64,000 bases of DNA from Nitrospirota bacterium (GCA_029858565.1 JAOUEV010000005.1:47739-111738); one strand, 5' to 3'; positions 1 through 9,759 are shown, counted from the stretch's first letter. A program made the numbers and translations. Notes: generated by a model from the sequence alone, not told the origin.

Positions 1-893
1 CGGATCAGGTCTTCGTGCTCCTCTTCATGGGGATTAATATGGATCATGATGTCACCCACGTTGTTGAACCTCTCAAAGATAAGCTTCTTCACCTCTGTGG
101 CGATGGCATGGGACCGCCGCACGGTCATTTGCGGGTCCATGTCGAGTTTCAGGTCCACGATCAGATACTGACCGGACCGCCTGCAGCGGAGTTCGTGGAC
201 CTGCTCGACGCCCTCCACGCCTTCGGCCAGCTTGATCATATCGTCAACACAGATATCCTGAGGCCGTCCGTCCATCAGTTCATGGGCCGCGGTCATAAAG
301 GTCTCATAGCCGATGTGGAAGATAAAGAACGAGGTGAGTCCCGCGGCGATCGGGTCCAGGATGACGAGACCGAAGAATGCGCCGGTCACGCCCACAAGCG
401 TACTGACCGACGTGATTGCATCCTTGCGATGGTCCTTGGCCGCCGCGAGGATGGCGGGGCTGCCGAGATGCTTTCCGACACCGATGGAATACCGGTAGAG
501 GGCTTCCTTGATGATGATAGTGAGGAATGCGGCCGCGACCGCGACCGCTCCCGGCACCTCGTAGGTCCGGTCGATGATCGTGTGCGCCGAGCGGTACAGT
601 ATCCAGCCGCCGGTGGAGAAAATGACCAGCGATACGATGATGGCCGCGATACTCTCGGCCCTGCCGTGGCCGTAAGGGTGCTGATCGTCGTAAGGCTGCC
701 TGCCGATATGCAGGGCGACCATGCTGGAAAAGATGGCGATGAAATCCGCCGCACTCTCCATGCCGTCGGCAAATACGGCCTCGGACCTGCCGAAATGGCC
801 TGCAAGCAGCTTCATGGTCATGAGCGCCCCGTTCGCCCAGAACCCCGTCTGGATAACGCGGTTTGCGCTCCCGAACCGTTCGTGTCGTTCCAC
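1..893 (-). CDS. Cation diffusion facilitator (CDF) family transporter; 3' end runs off the window
   Basis: Not in the ORF track. Manual translation from GTG at 893 gives MERHERF...KLLAGHFGRSEAVFADGMESAAD...HPYGHGRAE...AKDHRKDA...GDIMIHINPHEE, which has the CDF hallmarks (SxAxxAD, HPYGHGRxE, C-terminal IHxxP). Confidence 0.9.
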   Translation of the reverse strand, partial: MERHERFGSANRVIQTGFWANGALMTMKLLAGHFGRSEAVFADGMESAADFIAIFSSMVALHIGRQPYDDQHPYGHGRAESIAAIIVSLVIFSTGGWILYRSAHTIIDRTYEVPGAVAVAAAFLTIIIKEALYRYSIGVGKHLGSPAILAAAKDHRKDAITSVSTLVGVTGAFFGLVILDPIAAGLTSFFIFHIGYETFMTAAHELMDGRPQDICVDDMIKLAEGVEGVEQVHELRCRRSGQYLIVDLKLDMDPQMTVRRSHAIATEVKKLIFERFNNVGDIMIHINPHEEEHEDLI

Positions 894-902
894 AGGCCCT
901 CC

Positions 903-1316
903 CTACTCCTCGATTCCCTTCGCGCGCAGGCGCTTTTTCGACGCCGTCTTTTTCTTGCTCTCCAGGATCCGTTCCTTGAGCGCGGCAGGCCGGGGCCGTT
1001 TTCTGCGCCGTTCCTTTTCCGCAGCCTGGACCGCTTCCTTCCGCGTCCGCTCCAGAACCGCCTCGATCTTTTCCGCAAGCTGGCGGTAGGCGATTTGGCG
1101 ATTCCGGGCCTGCGAACGTTCAGTACTGCACTTCACCTCGATGCCTGTGGGAAGGTGCTTGAGGTACACGCAGGTCGAGGTCTTGTTCACATTCTGTCCG
1201 CCTTTTCCCCCGGAGCGGACGAACTTTTCCACAACATCCCCCGGCTGAAAGCGCGCTTTGCCCGAAAGCGCTGGCCGTCGCGTGGTTTGCCCTTTTACCT
1301 GCCCGGTAACTGCCAT
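903..1316 (-). CDS. Peptide chain release factor-like protein (RF-1 domain, ArfB-like ribosome rescue factor)
   Basis: RSGGKGGQNVNKTST (GGQ motif), HLPTGIEVKC, ERSQARNR and a very basic C-terminal tail. Confidence 0.85.
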   Translation of the reverse strand: MAVTGQVKGQTTRRPALSGKARFQPGDVVEKFVRSGGKGGQNVNKTSTCVYLKHLPTGIEVKCSTERSQARNRQIAYRQLAEKIEAVLERTRKEAVQAAEKERRRKRPRPAALKERILESKKKTASKKRLRAKGIEE

Positions 1317-1322
1317 GACCTG

Positions 1323-1351
1323 ATTCTACTCGATGAAGAATGTCTTTACAA
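1323..1351 (-). promoter_or_regulatory. Sigma70-type promoter of the release-factor-like/CDF unit
   Basis: Minus strand TTGTAA-17 nt-TAGAAT, ending 6 nt before the ATG at 1316. Confidence 0.55.
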
Positions 1352-1485
1352 GGTGCTAGTATGTGGCGTTACAGATTGATGTAAAATTACATATTTACAT
1401 TGCGGAAAGACTATAATTTATGTTATATGTGAAATTAACAAAATATATTGTCAGTTGTACCGTCATTTTTCGGGAGGGCGTATTC

Positions 1486-2106
1486 ATGAGTACCGGACCG
1501 GATATTGCAATGGACCAAAAACTGCAGGCCTATATCAACCAGCAGGTCGACCGGAGGGTCATCAGCGCATCCAAGCAAATCTTCGACGCCTTGACCAAAA
1601 AGATCAATGCCGTCGAGAGCAAAGTGCAGCAGGTTGAGGCAAAGGCGGTCAAAAACCGCGTTGCCGTCGTCGCCTCCAAGGGAACCCTGGACATGGCCTA
1701 CCCGCCCCTCCTGCTCGCGACCACTGCGCGCAGCATGGGAATCGAAGCATCGATCTTCTTCACGCTCTACGGAATGAGTATCCTGAAAAAAAACGCCCGG
1801 CTCAAGGTCGCGCCCCTGGCCAACCCGGCCATGCCCATGCCGGTGCCGAACATCATCGGCGCGCTCCCCGGGATGACCGCCGTGGCATCGATGATGATGA
1901 GCGGGATGTTCAAGAAACAGCAGGTCCCGCCCATCAAGGAGCTCCTGACCATGGCACGGGAAACGGGCGTCAAGCTCGTAGCATGCCAGATGACAATGGA
2001 CGTCCTGGGCATCAAACAGGAGGACCTCGTCGAAGGCATCGAATTCGGCGGCCTCGCGACGTTCATCGAGTACGGCATGGAATCGACCATCACCCTTTTT
2101 GTGTGA
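1486..2106 (+). CDS. DsrE2/YrkE-like (DsrE/DsrF/DrsH family) putative sulfurtransferase
   Basis: SKGTLDMAYPPLLLATTA, IFFTLYG and ACQMTMD (conserved Cys). ATG at 1486 follows GGGAGGG. Confidence 0.85.
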   Translation: MSTGPDIAMDQKLQAYINQQVDRRVISASKQIFDALTKKINAVESKVQQVEAKAVKNRVAVVASKGTLDMAYPPLLLATTARSMGIEASIFFTLYGMSILKKNARLKVAPLANPAMPMPVPNIIGALPGMTAVASMMMSGMFKKQQVPPIKELLTMARETGVKLVACQMTMDVLGIKQEDLVEGIEFGGLATFIEYGMESTITLFV

Positions 2107-2154
2107 GCAGAGAACTGCTCGCAGAATCTTTGAACAGAAAGGCGGGACCACACC

Positions 2155-2583
2155 ATGTCATCAGGCATCCCGGTTTTGACGCAAAAAGGCAAAGAGGCAG
2201 TCAAAAACCTCCAGATCAATCTCACCGCGCGCTGCAGAAACATTCTGGTCCAGGTGGACGGCAAACGTTCGCTTGACGACATCCGCGTTCTCTTCCGGGG
2301 GCTCGACGGCCTGGAGGACGGGATCCAGCGGCTCGTGAGCGAAGGATTCATCGACATCGGCAAGGCATGCACCGATATCGTGAAGGAACTGGTGAACAAT
2401 CAGCTCGGAACGAAAAGCGCAACGCTCCTTCGCAAGATCGACGAAATGCATGGAAAATACGGAGATACCTGCTGGGAACATCTGGACGAACTGAACAAGG
2501 CCGCGCGCCTGTTCTACGGTGAAATCGTCGCGCAGAACCTTACTTCCGAAATCACGAAAATCCTGAAGGACGCGAAGCGATAG
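2155..2583 (+). CDS. Hypothetical protein with a winged-helix-like N-terminal half
   Basis: Clean ORF with host-like codon bias; LTQKG...LVQVDGKRSL...LVSEGFI pattern. Confidence 0.7.
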   Translation: MSSGIPVLTQKGKEAVKNLQINLTARCRNILVQVDGKRSLDDIRVLFRGLDGLEDGIQRLVSEGFIDIGKACTDIVKELVNNQLGTKSATLLRKIDEMHGKYGDTCWEHLDELNKAARLFYGEIVAQNLTSEITKILKDAKR

Positions 2584-2695
2584 CGTTGTTGCCGGGCCCC
2601 TCCCTCCCTCTTCCCGCTGGAAAAAGCCTTTCAACTGTGCTAGAGTAATAGCCATTGGTTCCCCATTTTTCGCGTCTCTTTTTAGGAAAGGTGCC

Positions 2696-4183
2696 ATGGC
2701 CCAACTCGACAAGCTCATCGACAAACTCCAAGACGATCAGGAGATCATCATGGAATCGGGCAAGACGCCGATGCTCAAATCCGACGCCGGCATGAAACCG
2801 ATGATCAACCAGCAGCTTTCAGCGCAGCAGCTCATCGCGCTGCTCCAGGAGATCGCGCCGCTCTCGAACCGGGCGACGCTCGCCCAGCGGAAGCCGGCGA
2901 AATTCGATTACACCGTTGGCAGCAAGACCGTCACCGTGAATTACGCGCCCCAGGGCGACCGGATCACGGCGACCATCGCGGTTCCGGGCGATGAGGTGCT
3001 CGAGGATGTGGCGGCCAAAGCGGCAGCAGCAGCGCCCGCCGCCGCCACTGCCATGGATGCGCTCATCAAGGCAAAGCAAGCAGGCGGGGAACCGGAGATC
3101 AACCTGCTGCTCCGCCGCATGTTCAAGATGAACTGTTCGGACCTCCATCTTACGTCGAATCACAAGCCCATGGTCCGGCTGCACGGTGAAATGCAGGAGT
3201 TCGAGGACCTCCCCCCCACGACCCCGGAGCGGATGAACAGCATGCTTCGGGAGATCATGCCGCCGCACAATGTGGTCCAGTACGATGAGGTGCACGACGC
3301 GGACTTTGCCCATGAGATCCAGGGACTGGCACGCTTCCGGGTGAACGTGTTCATGGACCGTTTCGGCATGGGCGCCGTCTTCCGCCAGATCCCCATGGAG
3401 ATCGTGACCGCGGAAAAGCTCGGGCTCTCCAAGGAGGTCCTGGACCTGTGCTACCTGTCCAAGGGGCTCGTTCTCGTGACCGGGCCGACGGGGTCGGGCA
3501 AATCGACCACCCTGTGCGCGCTGGTAGACTTCATCAATCGCAACAGAAAGGACCATATCATCACGATCGAAGACCCGATCGAGTTCGTACATCCCAAGAA
3601 GAACTGCCTGATCAACCAGCGCGAGGTGCATGTCCACACCAAGTCGTTCTCCAACGCCCTGCGCGCCGCCCTGCGCGAAGACCCGGACATCGTGCTCGTC
3701 GGCGAAATGCGTGACCTCGAGACCATCGCCATCGCGATCGAGACCGCGGAGACGGGCCACCTCGTCTTCGGCACGCTGCACACGACAACGGCGGCGTCCA
3801 CTGTCGACCGCATCATCGACCAGTTCCCCGCCGACCGGCAGGCACAGATCCGGGCCATGCTCGCCAATTCCCTCAAGGGCGTGATTTCCCAGACCCTGTG
3901 CAAAAAGCTCCAGGGAGGACGGACCGCCGCGCTTGAGATCCTGTTCATCAACAGCGCGGTCTCGAACCTCATCCGGGAAGGCAAGATCTACCAGATCCCA
4001 TCGATCATGCAGACCGCCAAGAGCCAGGGCATGGTCCTTCTGAACGAGGCGCTCTTCAAGCTGGTTGTCGACAAGACCGTAGCGCCCGAAGAGGCATACA
4101 TCAAGGCCATTGACAAGCAGGGGTTCGTCACCATGCTCAAATCAAAAGGCATCACCGTGAACATGCAGGGATTGGGCGAGTAA
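2696..4183 (+). CDS. pilT: Type IV pilus retraction ATPase PilT with an N-terminal extension
   Basis: SDLHL, Walker A GPTGSGKSTT, TIEDPIE, LREDPDIVLVGEMRD, TGHLVFGTLHT and AVSNLIRE (AIRNLIRE-like). Confidence 0.92.
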   Translation: MAQLDKLIDKLQDDQEIIMESGKTPMLKSDAGMKPMINQQLSAQQLIALLQEIAPLSNRATLAQRKPAKFDYTVGSKTVTVNYAPQGDRITATIAVPGDEVLEDVAAKAAAAAPAAATAMDALIKAKQAGGEPEINLLLRRMFKMNCSDLHLTSNHKPMVRLHGEMQEFEDLPPTTPERMNSMLREIMPPHNVVQYDEVHDADFAHEIQGLARFRVNVFMDRFGMGAVFRQIPMEIVTAEKLGLSKEVLDLCYLSKGLVLVTGPTGSGKSTTLCALVDFINRNRKDHIITIEDPIEFVHPKKNCLINQREVHVHTKSFSNALRAALREDPDIVLVGEMRDLETIAIAIETAETGHLVFGTLHTTTAASTVDRIIDQFPADRQAQIRAMLANSLKGVISQTLCKKLQGGRTAALEILFINSAVSNLIREGKIYQIPSIMQTAKSQGMVLLNEALFKLVVDKTVAPEEAYIKAIDKQGFVTMLKSKGITVNMQGLGE

Positions 4184-4198
4184 GAGGAGGCGCATGTC

Positions 4199-4663
4199 AT
4201 GAACGGTCATCGAGAATTTGCGGTTCCCAAGGAAAAACAGCTTGTCACGGTCCACCTCCTCGGCGGGGAAATCGGAGAAGGCAACATCTTCCTGGAGTTT
4301 TACCCCGATGCCAGAACGCTCCATCAGAAGATCGTCGCTTTTCTCGAGGACAAGAACGAGTTTTTCCCCCTCTCCAGCGGAGGTGCGCCGGAGTTCGTAA
4401 GGAAAAGGTCCATCCGCATGGTCGAGGTCCACTATCCCGAGGACGAAGACCAGTTCAACATCATGCACGTCGAGCTTGTCACGGTCGTGTTCCGCGACGG
4501 TTCGCAGGTGAGCGGTGACCTGCTGGCCGATGTTCCCGAGGAGAAGAAACGTCTCTCCGACTGCCTCAATCTCCCCTTGAACTTCCTCTGCACGCGCACC
4601 TACGGGAAGGTGAGCTACATCAACAAGGATTCCATCCTGAAGGTCACGACCGCGGGGAAGTAG
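4199..4663 (+). CDS. Hypothetical protein with two repeated small beta domains (DUF6812-like)
   Basis: RBS GAGGAGG, 15 nt after pilT. Two similar halves (VTVHL..GE..G..F / VTVVF..GS..G..L; RLSDCLN...INK..I). Confidence 0.7.
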   Translation: MNGHREFAVPKEKQLVTVHLLGGEIGEGNIFLEFYPDARTLHQKIVAFLEDKNEFFPLSSGGAPEFVRKRSIRMVEVHYPEDEDQFNIMHVELVTVVFRDGSQVSGDLLADVPEEKKRLSDCLNLPLNFLCTRTYGKVSYINKDSILKVTTAGK

Positions 4664-4791
4664 CAGGACCAGGTTCAAGGTATTACCTCATCGCAGCACC
4701 CGGGAGCCGGGCAGAATCCTGCCTGATTCAGAATCGGATATTCGTCCGCCCGCGGGCACAGGCGAGCGCTGACAACAAGAACGTTACCGTC

Positions 4792-5880
4792 ATGACCGCT
4801 CTGCGCGACTACAAACCTCTCTTCTACAGCAAGCTCACGGAAACCCATCTGTTCAGCGAGGTTGGCCGGATCATCGCGTCCGAGCTGGAATCCCGGGACC
4901 TGATCCGCAAGATCATCGCCGCTATCGGGAAGTCCATCCAGTTCGAGGAGGCATCGGTCTACGTGGTCAAGAAGGACCTTACGGGCCTCATCCCGATGTT
5001 CTTGAGCAATCCCGCGCCCGGCCGTGAACCATTCCAGACCATCTACTTCGACAATGGCGCTCCAGGCGAGATCGCGGCGAGCGGCGAACCTCTCATTCTT
5101 ACCGACTGTTCCGCGTGGGAAACCTTTCTCCATTTCCCCGGCGAACAGCGCAGGTCCGGCAGTTATGTGGGCATTCCCCTCAAGAACGATATCCGCATTG
5201 TTGGCGTAATGGGGTTCAGCCACAGCAGACCGTCAGCATTCACCGTCGACGACTTCGACCTTTTACGCACACTGTCCCATACGATCTCGGCAGGCATTGA
5301 GAAGGCTGACCTCTTCATGAAGGCAATGGAGATCGCGAGGTCCGACGAGCTGACCGGCCTGTTCAATTACCGGGTGCTCCTGGAGAAGCTCGCTGAGGAG
5401 ATCGGCAGGCAGGCGAGAACCGGCAGGGACCTTTCCTTTATCATGATCGACATCGACAACTTCAAACGCGTCAATGACCGCTATGGCCACCTCGAAGGGA
5501 GCCGGGTCCTGGCGCAGCTGGGCGCGCTTCTGCGGGATACATTCCGGACGGGAAGCACGGACAGCTGCTACCGCTACGGCGGAGAGGAATTCTCGATCCT
5601 CCTGGCCGAAACGGATATCGGCAAGGCTTTGGAGGTTGCCGAGCGGTTGAGAAGTGCGATCGAGCAATACCCCTTCACGCTGAAATCGGCTCATTCCGAC
5701 GAGGTCCTGACGGTGAGCCTCGGCGTTTCCTCCCGCCGGAAAGGCGACAGCAAGGGGGCCATGGAGCTGATCCGGGAGGCCGATGTAGCTCTCTATCGGT
5801 CCAAATCCCTGGGTAAGAACAGGGTCACCGGCTACAGCGCTGACCTGACCATGCCGGACCGGACCCAGAATATCCCGTGA
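4792..5880 (+). CDS. GAF-GGDEF diguanylate cyclase
   Basis: N-terminal GAF-like region, DELTGLFN, IDIDNFKRVNDRYGHLEG, RYGGEEF, ADVALYRSKSLGKN. Confidence 0.93.
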   Translation: MTALRDYKPLFYSKLTETHLFSEVGRIIASELESRDLIRKIIAAIGKSIQFEEASVYVVKKDLTGLIPMFLSNPAPGREPFQTIYFDNGAPGEIAASGEPLILTDCSAWETFLHFPGEQRRSGSYVGIPLKNDIRIVGVMGFSHSRPSAFTVDDFDLLRTLSHTISAGIEKADLFMKAMEIARSDELTGLFNYRVLLEKLAEEIGRQARTGRDLSFIMIDIDNFKRVNDRYGHLEGSRVLAQLGALLRDTFRTGSTDSCYRYGGEEFSILLAETDIGKALEVAERLRSAIEQYPFTLKSAHSDEVLTVSLGVSSRRKGDSKGAMELIREADVALYRSKSLGKNRVTGYSADLTMPDRTQNIP

Positions 5881-5970
5881 TGCCTGCCCGAGCTGCAATA
5901 CATTCCGGTAGTCTGTCGCCACAGGGAATTGACGTCGGCCAACAGGTAATGGCCGTGCCGGGCGCACAAC

Positions 5971-6000
5971 AAAAAACGGCCTGTCTTCGAAGACAGGCCG
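5971..6000 (-). terminator. Intrinsic terminator of ychF
   Basis: Perfect 24-nt palindrome CGGCCTGTCTTCGAAGACAGGCCG (5977-6000) followed by T6 on the minus strand. Confidence 0.85.
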
Positions 6001-6031
6001 CTCGTTATTACTTGCTCCACTTTTCTCCCGG

Positions 6032-7126
6032 CTACACATTGAACCGGAAGTTCATGATATCCCCGTCTTTGACCACGTACTCCTTGCCTTCGGAGCGGAG
6101 CATTCCCGCAGCCTTGACCGCCTGCTCGTTCTTATACTTCATCAGGTCGTCAAAGTGGAAGACCTCCGCGCGGATGAATCCCTTTTCAAAATCCGAATGG
6201 ATCTTTCCCGCTGCCTGCGGCGCCTTGGTGCCCTTGACAATGGTCCAGGCCCGCACTTCCTTCTCGCCCGCGGTCAGATAGGTGATAAGCCCTAAAAGTT
6301 CGTAGCCTGCGCGGATCATCCGGTCGAGGCCTGATTCCTTGAGCCCCATGCCGGCGAGGTACTCTTTCCGCTCGTCGGGCGGCAGCTGGGCGATCTCGCC
6401 CTCCACCTGGCCGGAGATCACAACAACCCGGGCGCCCTCCGCTTCAGCGATCTTCTTCACGGCATCCACATGGGGATTCGGCTTGTCCACCATGTCCTCG
6501 GCGACATTCGCCACGTACAGGACAGGCTTCGCCGATAACAAGGCATAGCTCTTGAGCCACAGGAACTCTTCATCGGAATGGCTGGCTCTGCGGATGGGTT
6601 CGCCCTTTGCGAGCATATCCTTGAGCCGCCGCATGAACTCCACTTCCTCCAGGGCCTTTTTATCGCCGGTCTTGGTCATCTTCTCCGCCTTGTACAACCG
6701 CTTCTCGACGGCATCCAGATCGGCAAGCATAAGCTCCGCTTCGATCACTTCGATGTCCTCTTTGGGATCCACCTTGTTCGCGACATGAATGACGTTGGGG
6801 TCCTCGAAGCAACGGACCACATGCGCGATCGCATCCACCTCGCGGATATTGGCCAGGAACTTGTTGCCCAGCCCCTCTCCCTTGGAAGCGCCCTTCACCA
6901 GTCCGGCGATATCCACGAACTCCATGGTCGTGGGTACGATCTTTTGCGAATGGTAGATCTCGGCGAGTTTCCCCAGCCGCTCATCAGGCATGTCCACCAC
7001 GCCTACGTTCGGATCAATGGTGGTAAAAGGATAATTCGATGCCTGTGCTCCGGCCGATGTGAGCGCGTTGAATATAGTGGACTTGCCCACGTTGGGAAGC
7101 CCTACGATGCCGCAATTGAAACCCAT
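6032..7126 (-). CDS. ychF: Redox-regulated ATPase YchF
   Basis: [41 protein letters not shown]-terminal TGS domain ([11 protein letters not shown]). Confidence 0.98.
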   Translation of the reverse strand: MGFNCGIVGLPNVGKSTIFNALTSAGAQASNYPFTTIDPNVGVVDMPDERLGKLAEIYHSQKIVPTTMEFVDIAGLVKGASKGEGLGNKFLANIREVDAIAHVVRCFEDPNVIHVANKVDPKEDIEVIEAELMLADLDAVEKRLYKAEKMTKTGDKKALEEVEFMRRLKDMLAKGEPIRRASHSDEEFLWLKSYALLSAKPVLYVANVAEDMVDKPNPHVDAVKKIAEAEGARVVVISGQVEGEIAQLPPDERKEYLAGMGLKESGLDRMIRAGYELLGLITYLTAGEKEVRAWTIVKGTKAPQAAGKIHSDFEKGFIRAEVFHFDDLMKYKNEQAVKAAGMLRSEGKEYVVKDGDIMNFRFNV

Positions 7127-7146
7127 GCTGAACTCCTTTGTAATGA

Positions 7147-7710
7147 TTACTTCTGATTGACCGCATTCATCGCCTTGGTCAGGCCGTCGGCAATGATCAT
7201 CCTGACGGCTTCCGCGGCCCGGTCGATTGCTTCGGCTGCTGCTGCACGTTCCTCTGCGCCAAAGGGGCTCAGAACATAATCAGCAGACTCCATTCCTGTG
7301 GGCGGCCGACCGATCCCCACCCGGACCCGGATGAAATCAGCGGAGCCGAGGCTGTCGATCAGGGAGCGCAGTCCATTATGACCGCCATGGCCGCCTCCGG
7401 TCTTGATGCGGACCGTCCCCAGCGGAAGGTCCAGCTCGTCATGGACAACGATAATGTCCCCCACCGCGGCATAGGCATCGCGCATGACAGCAGCGACAGA
7501 CCTGCCGCTGTCGTTCATAAATGTCTGTGGTTTGGCTACGAGAACGTTCTCGGCACCCAGACGAAGCTTTCCCATGAGCGCGTGATGCTTTTCCTGCGCA
7601 AGCGGGGCGGCCGCCTGCCGCGCTAGCTCGTCGGCTGCCATGAACCCCGCGTTATGGCGGGTACGTTCGTACTTCCTGCCCGGATTGCCGAGCCCGATAA
7701 CGATCCTCAT
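7147..7710 (-). CDS. pth: Peptidyl-tRNA hydrolase
   Basis: GLGNPG..Y..TRHNAGF, KPQTFMNDSG, HDELDL, GGHNGLRS. Confidence 0.98.
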   Translation of the reverse strand: MRIVIGLGNPGRKYERTRHNAGFMAADELARQAAAPLAQEKHHALMGKLRLGAENVLVAKPQTFMNDSGRSVAAVMRDAYAAVGDIIVVHDELDLPLGTVRIKTGGGHGGHNGLRSLIDSLGSADFIRVRVGIGRPPTGMESADYVLSPFGAEERAAAAEAIDRAAEAVRMIIADGLTKAMNAVNQK

Positions 7711-7835
7711 CGTTCTTGACCGGTCCGTCCCCCGCGGGGAGGAAATAGGCTGGGGTGCGTATTGTCAGCATTCAAGGGAAAACCCATCTTCACGCGACCG
7801 CTCTTCAGGGGAGAAGAGAGCGTTCTGAACAGCCC

Positions 7836-7878
7836 CCAAAATATCGGAACCCGAAACAGACTCCTGTTTCGGGTTCCG
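7836..7878 (-). terminator. Hairpin/terminator downstream of rplY
   Basis: 15-bp perfect stem CGGAACCCGAAACAG / CTGTTTCGGGTTCCG (7845-7878), then ATATTTT on the minus strand. Confidence 0.75.
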
Positions 7879-7905
7879 GAGCGTACATGACAGTTGCAGC
7901 TAAGG

Positions 7906-8646
7906 CTACTTCTTGGGAGCGGCTTCCTTGCCCTTGGCGCCGGCCGCGGGAGCAGCTTCCTTGCCCTTGGCGCCGGCCGGTGCAGCAGCCGCTTCGCCTT
8001 CTTCCTTCTTCTTGCCCACAACCTCGGGCTCGCCGGTTTCAGCGGTAGGCGCGGCCGACAGCATGGCCTCAAGCTTCTCTGCCGAGATCGGCGGCTGAAT
8101 GGTCGCGACCGTGGCGTCTCCGTCGGTCAGGATGCGGACGCCCTCAGGGGCCTTGATGTCCCGCACGTGCAGCGACTCGTTCACCTTGAGGTTGGTGATA
8201 TCAACATTGATGGAGTCCGGGATATTGGTCGGAAGGCACTCCACCTCGAGCTGGCGCTGACCGTACTGGAAGATGCCGCCTTCCTTCACGCCGATGGAAT
8301 TGCCCGTGATATGCACAGCCACCTGGATCTTCACCTTTTCGTTCATGGCGACTTCCATGAGGTCAAGATGCATCAGCGCTCCGGAGAGCGGATCGAGCTG
8401 GTAGTCCTTGATCAGCGCCAGGCGCTCGCCTGCGCCGGCACCGCCCTCCAGTTTCAGGTTGATCAGCGCATGTTCGCCGCCCTCCCTGTTCAACACCTTC
8501 GTCACGTCCTTGTTGACCATCGAGATGGGCAGGGACTTGCCGTGGCTGTAGAGGACCGCCGGGATCATCTTGTTCCTGCGCAAACCCCGGGCAACCCCTT
8601 TGCCCGCATTCTCTCTCACTTGTGCCGTCATAGCTACGCGTTCCAT
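7906..8646 (-). CDS. rplY: 50S ribosomal protein L25 (Ctc-type)
   Basis: GKGVARGLRR..MIPAVLYS, HLDL, GVKEGG, VECLPTNIP, LHVRDI. RBS GGAGGA before the ATG at 8646; lies between prs and pth. Confidence 0.96.
   Translation of the reverse strand: MERVAMTAQVRENAGKGVARGLRRNKMIPAVLYSHGKSLPISMVNKDVTKVLNREGGEHALINLKLEGGAGAGERLALIKDYQLDPLSGALMHLDLMEVAMNEKVKIQVAVHITGNSIGVKEGGIFQYGQRQLEVECLPTNIPDSINVDITNLKVNESLHVRDIKAPEGVRILTDGDATVATIQPPISAEKLEAMLSAAPTAETGEPEVVGKKKEEGEAAAAPAGAKGKEAAPAAGAKGKEAAPKK
7915..7980. repeat. 33-nt tandem duplication in the rplY tail (AGAKGKEAAP x2)
   Basis: 7915-7947 and 7948-7980 differ at 2 of 33 positions. Confidence 0.9.
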
Positions 8647-8682
8647 TGCTTCCTCCATATACCGTGGTAATTACCCTAAAAT

Positions 8683-8750
8683 GACCACTGATCAAGACAA
8701 ATGAACACAGTTAAGATCAAACTGCCTTTATCTCTTCTTATCCGTGGTTG
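8683..8750. repeat. Degenerate inverted mini-repeat (CACGGAT/CACAGAT family)
   Basis: ACCACTGAT...GAACACAG arm and TTATCTC...ATCCGTGGT complementary arm in the prs-rplY spacer. Confidence 0.5.
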
Positions 8751-8771
8751 ATGCTCTGTTTTATATCATCT

Positions 8772-9722
8772 TCATACGAACAGCGAACTGAGCGACGATT
8801 CGTCATGAATGCGGTTCATCGCTTCGGCAAGAAGCGGCGCCACGGACAGGACCGTGAGCTTTTTGCATTCCTTCTGTTTGCTGTCGAGGGAGATCGTGTT
8901 CGTCACGATCAGCTCGTCGAGCGCGGAATCGTTGATCCGCTGGATCGCCGGTCCGGAAAGCACCGCATGGGTACAAGCCGCCATGATCGCTCCGGCGCCC
9001 GCCTTCTTCAGAGCGCCCACGCCCTCGGTCATGGTACCCGCGGTATCCACCATGTCGTCAAGCAGCAGACAGTCGCGCCCATTCACGTCCCCGATGATAT
9101 GCATGACCTGGGCCACATTGGCCTTTTCCCGGCGCTTGTCGATGATCGCCAGGGAAGCGTCCAGCCGTTTGGCAAAGGCCCGTGTGCGTTCCACGCCGCC
9201 CGCATCGGGTGATACCAGCGTAAGGTTCTTCAGGTTCTTCGACCGGATGTAGTCCAGCAGCACCGGAGCGGCGAACAGGTTGTCCACCGGGATATTGAAG
9301 AATCCCTGGATCTGCCCTGCGTGCAGGTCGATGGTCAGCACCCGGTTCGCGCCGGCGGAGGTGATCAAATCGGCAACGAGTTTGGCCGTGATCGGCACGC
9401 GGGGCTGCGCTTTCCGGTCCTGCCTGCTGTACCCGTAATAGGGAAGCACCGCGGTGATGCGGGCTGCCGAAGCGCGCTTGAGCGCGTCGATCATGATCAG
9501 CAGTTCCATGAGATGCCGGTTCACCGGATTCGAGGTCGGCTGCACCACGAAGACCTCGGAACCCCGGACATTATCAACGATCTGGACATTGATCTCCCCG
9601 TCGCTGAAACGGGTGACAACGGCGTTCCCCAGCGGAAGGTTCATCCGCTCACAGATCTCTTTCGCTAGAGCGGGATTGGCGTTCCCGGAAAAAACCTTGA
9701 TGCCGTGCTTGGCTCTGACCAT
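8772..9722 (-). CDS. prs: Ribose-phosphate pyrophosphokinase
   Basis: FSDGEI, PYYGYSRQDRK, DLHAGQIQGFF, VSPDAGG, DDMVDTAGT. ATG at 9722 follows GAGGG. Confidence 0.98.
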   Translation of the reverse strand: MVRAKHGIKVFSGNANPALAKEICERMNLPLGNAVVTRFSDGEINVQIVDNVRGSEVFVVQPTSNPVNRHLMELLIMIDALKRASAARITAVLPYYGYSRQDRKAQPRVPITAKLVADLITSAGANRVLTIDLHAGQIQGFFNIPVDNLFAAPVLLDYIRSKNLKNLTLVSPDAGGVERTRAFAKRLDASLAIIDKRREKANVAQVMHIIGDVNGRDCLLLDDMVDTAGTMTEGVGALKKAGAGAIMAACTHAVLSGPAIQRINDSALDELIVTNTISLDSKQKECKKLTVLSVAPLLAEAMNRIHDESSLSSLFV

Positions 9723-9759
9723 CGTTCCCTCTTGGCGCTGCCGCGTCATGCCGGTTCTG

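Noticed and set aside
15-1379. 454-aa + strand ORF and the many other long antisense ORFs (e.g. 12050-13642, 37402-39123, 43016-45007, 48521-50230, 56057-57805)
   Set aside because: They are shadow frames opposite well-supported genes, expected in high-GC DNA, and show no recognisable motifs.
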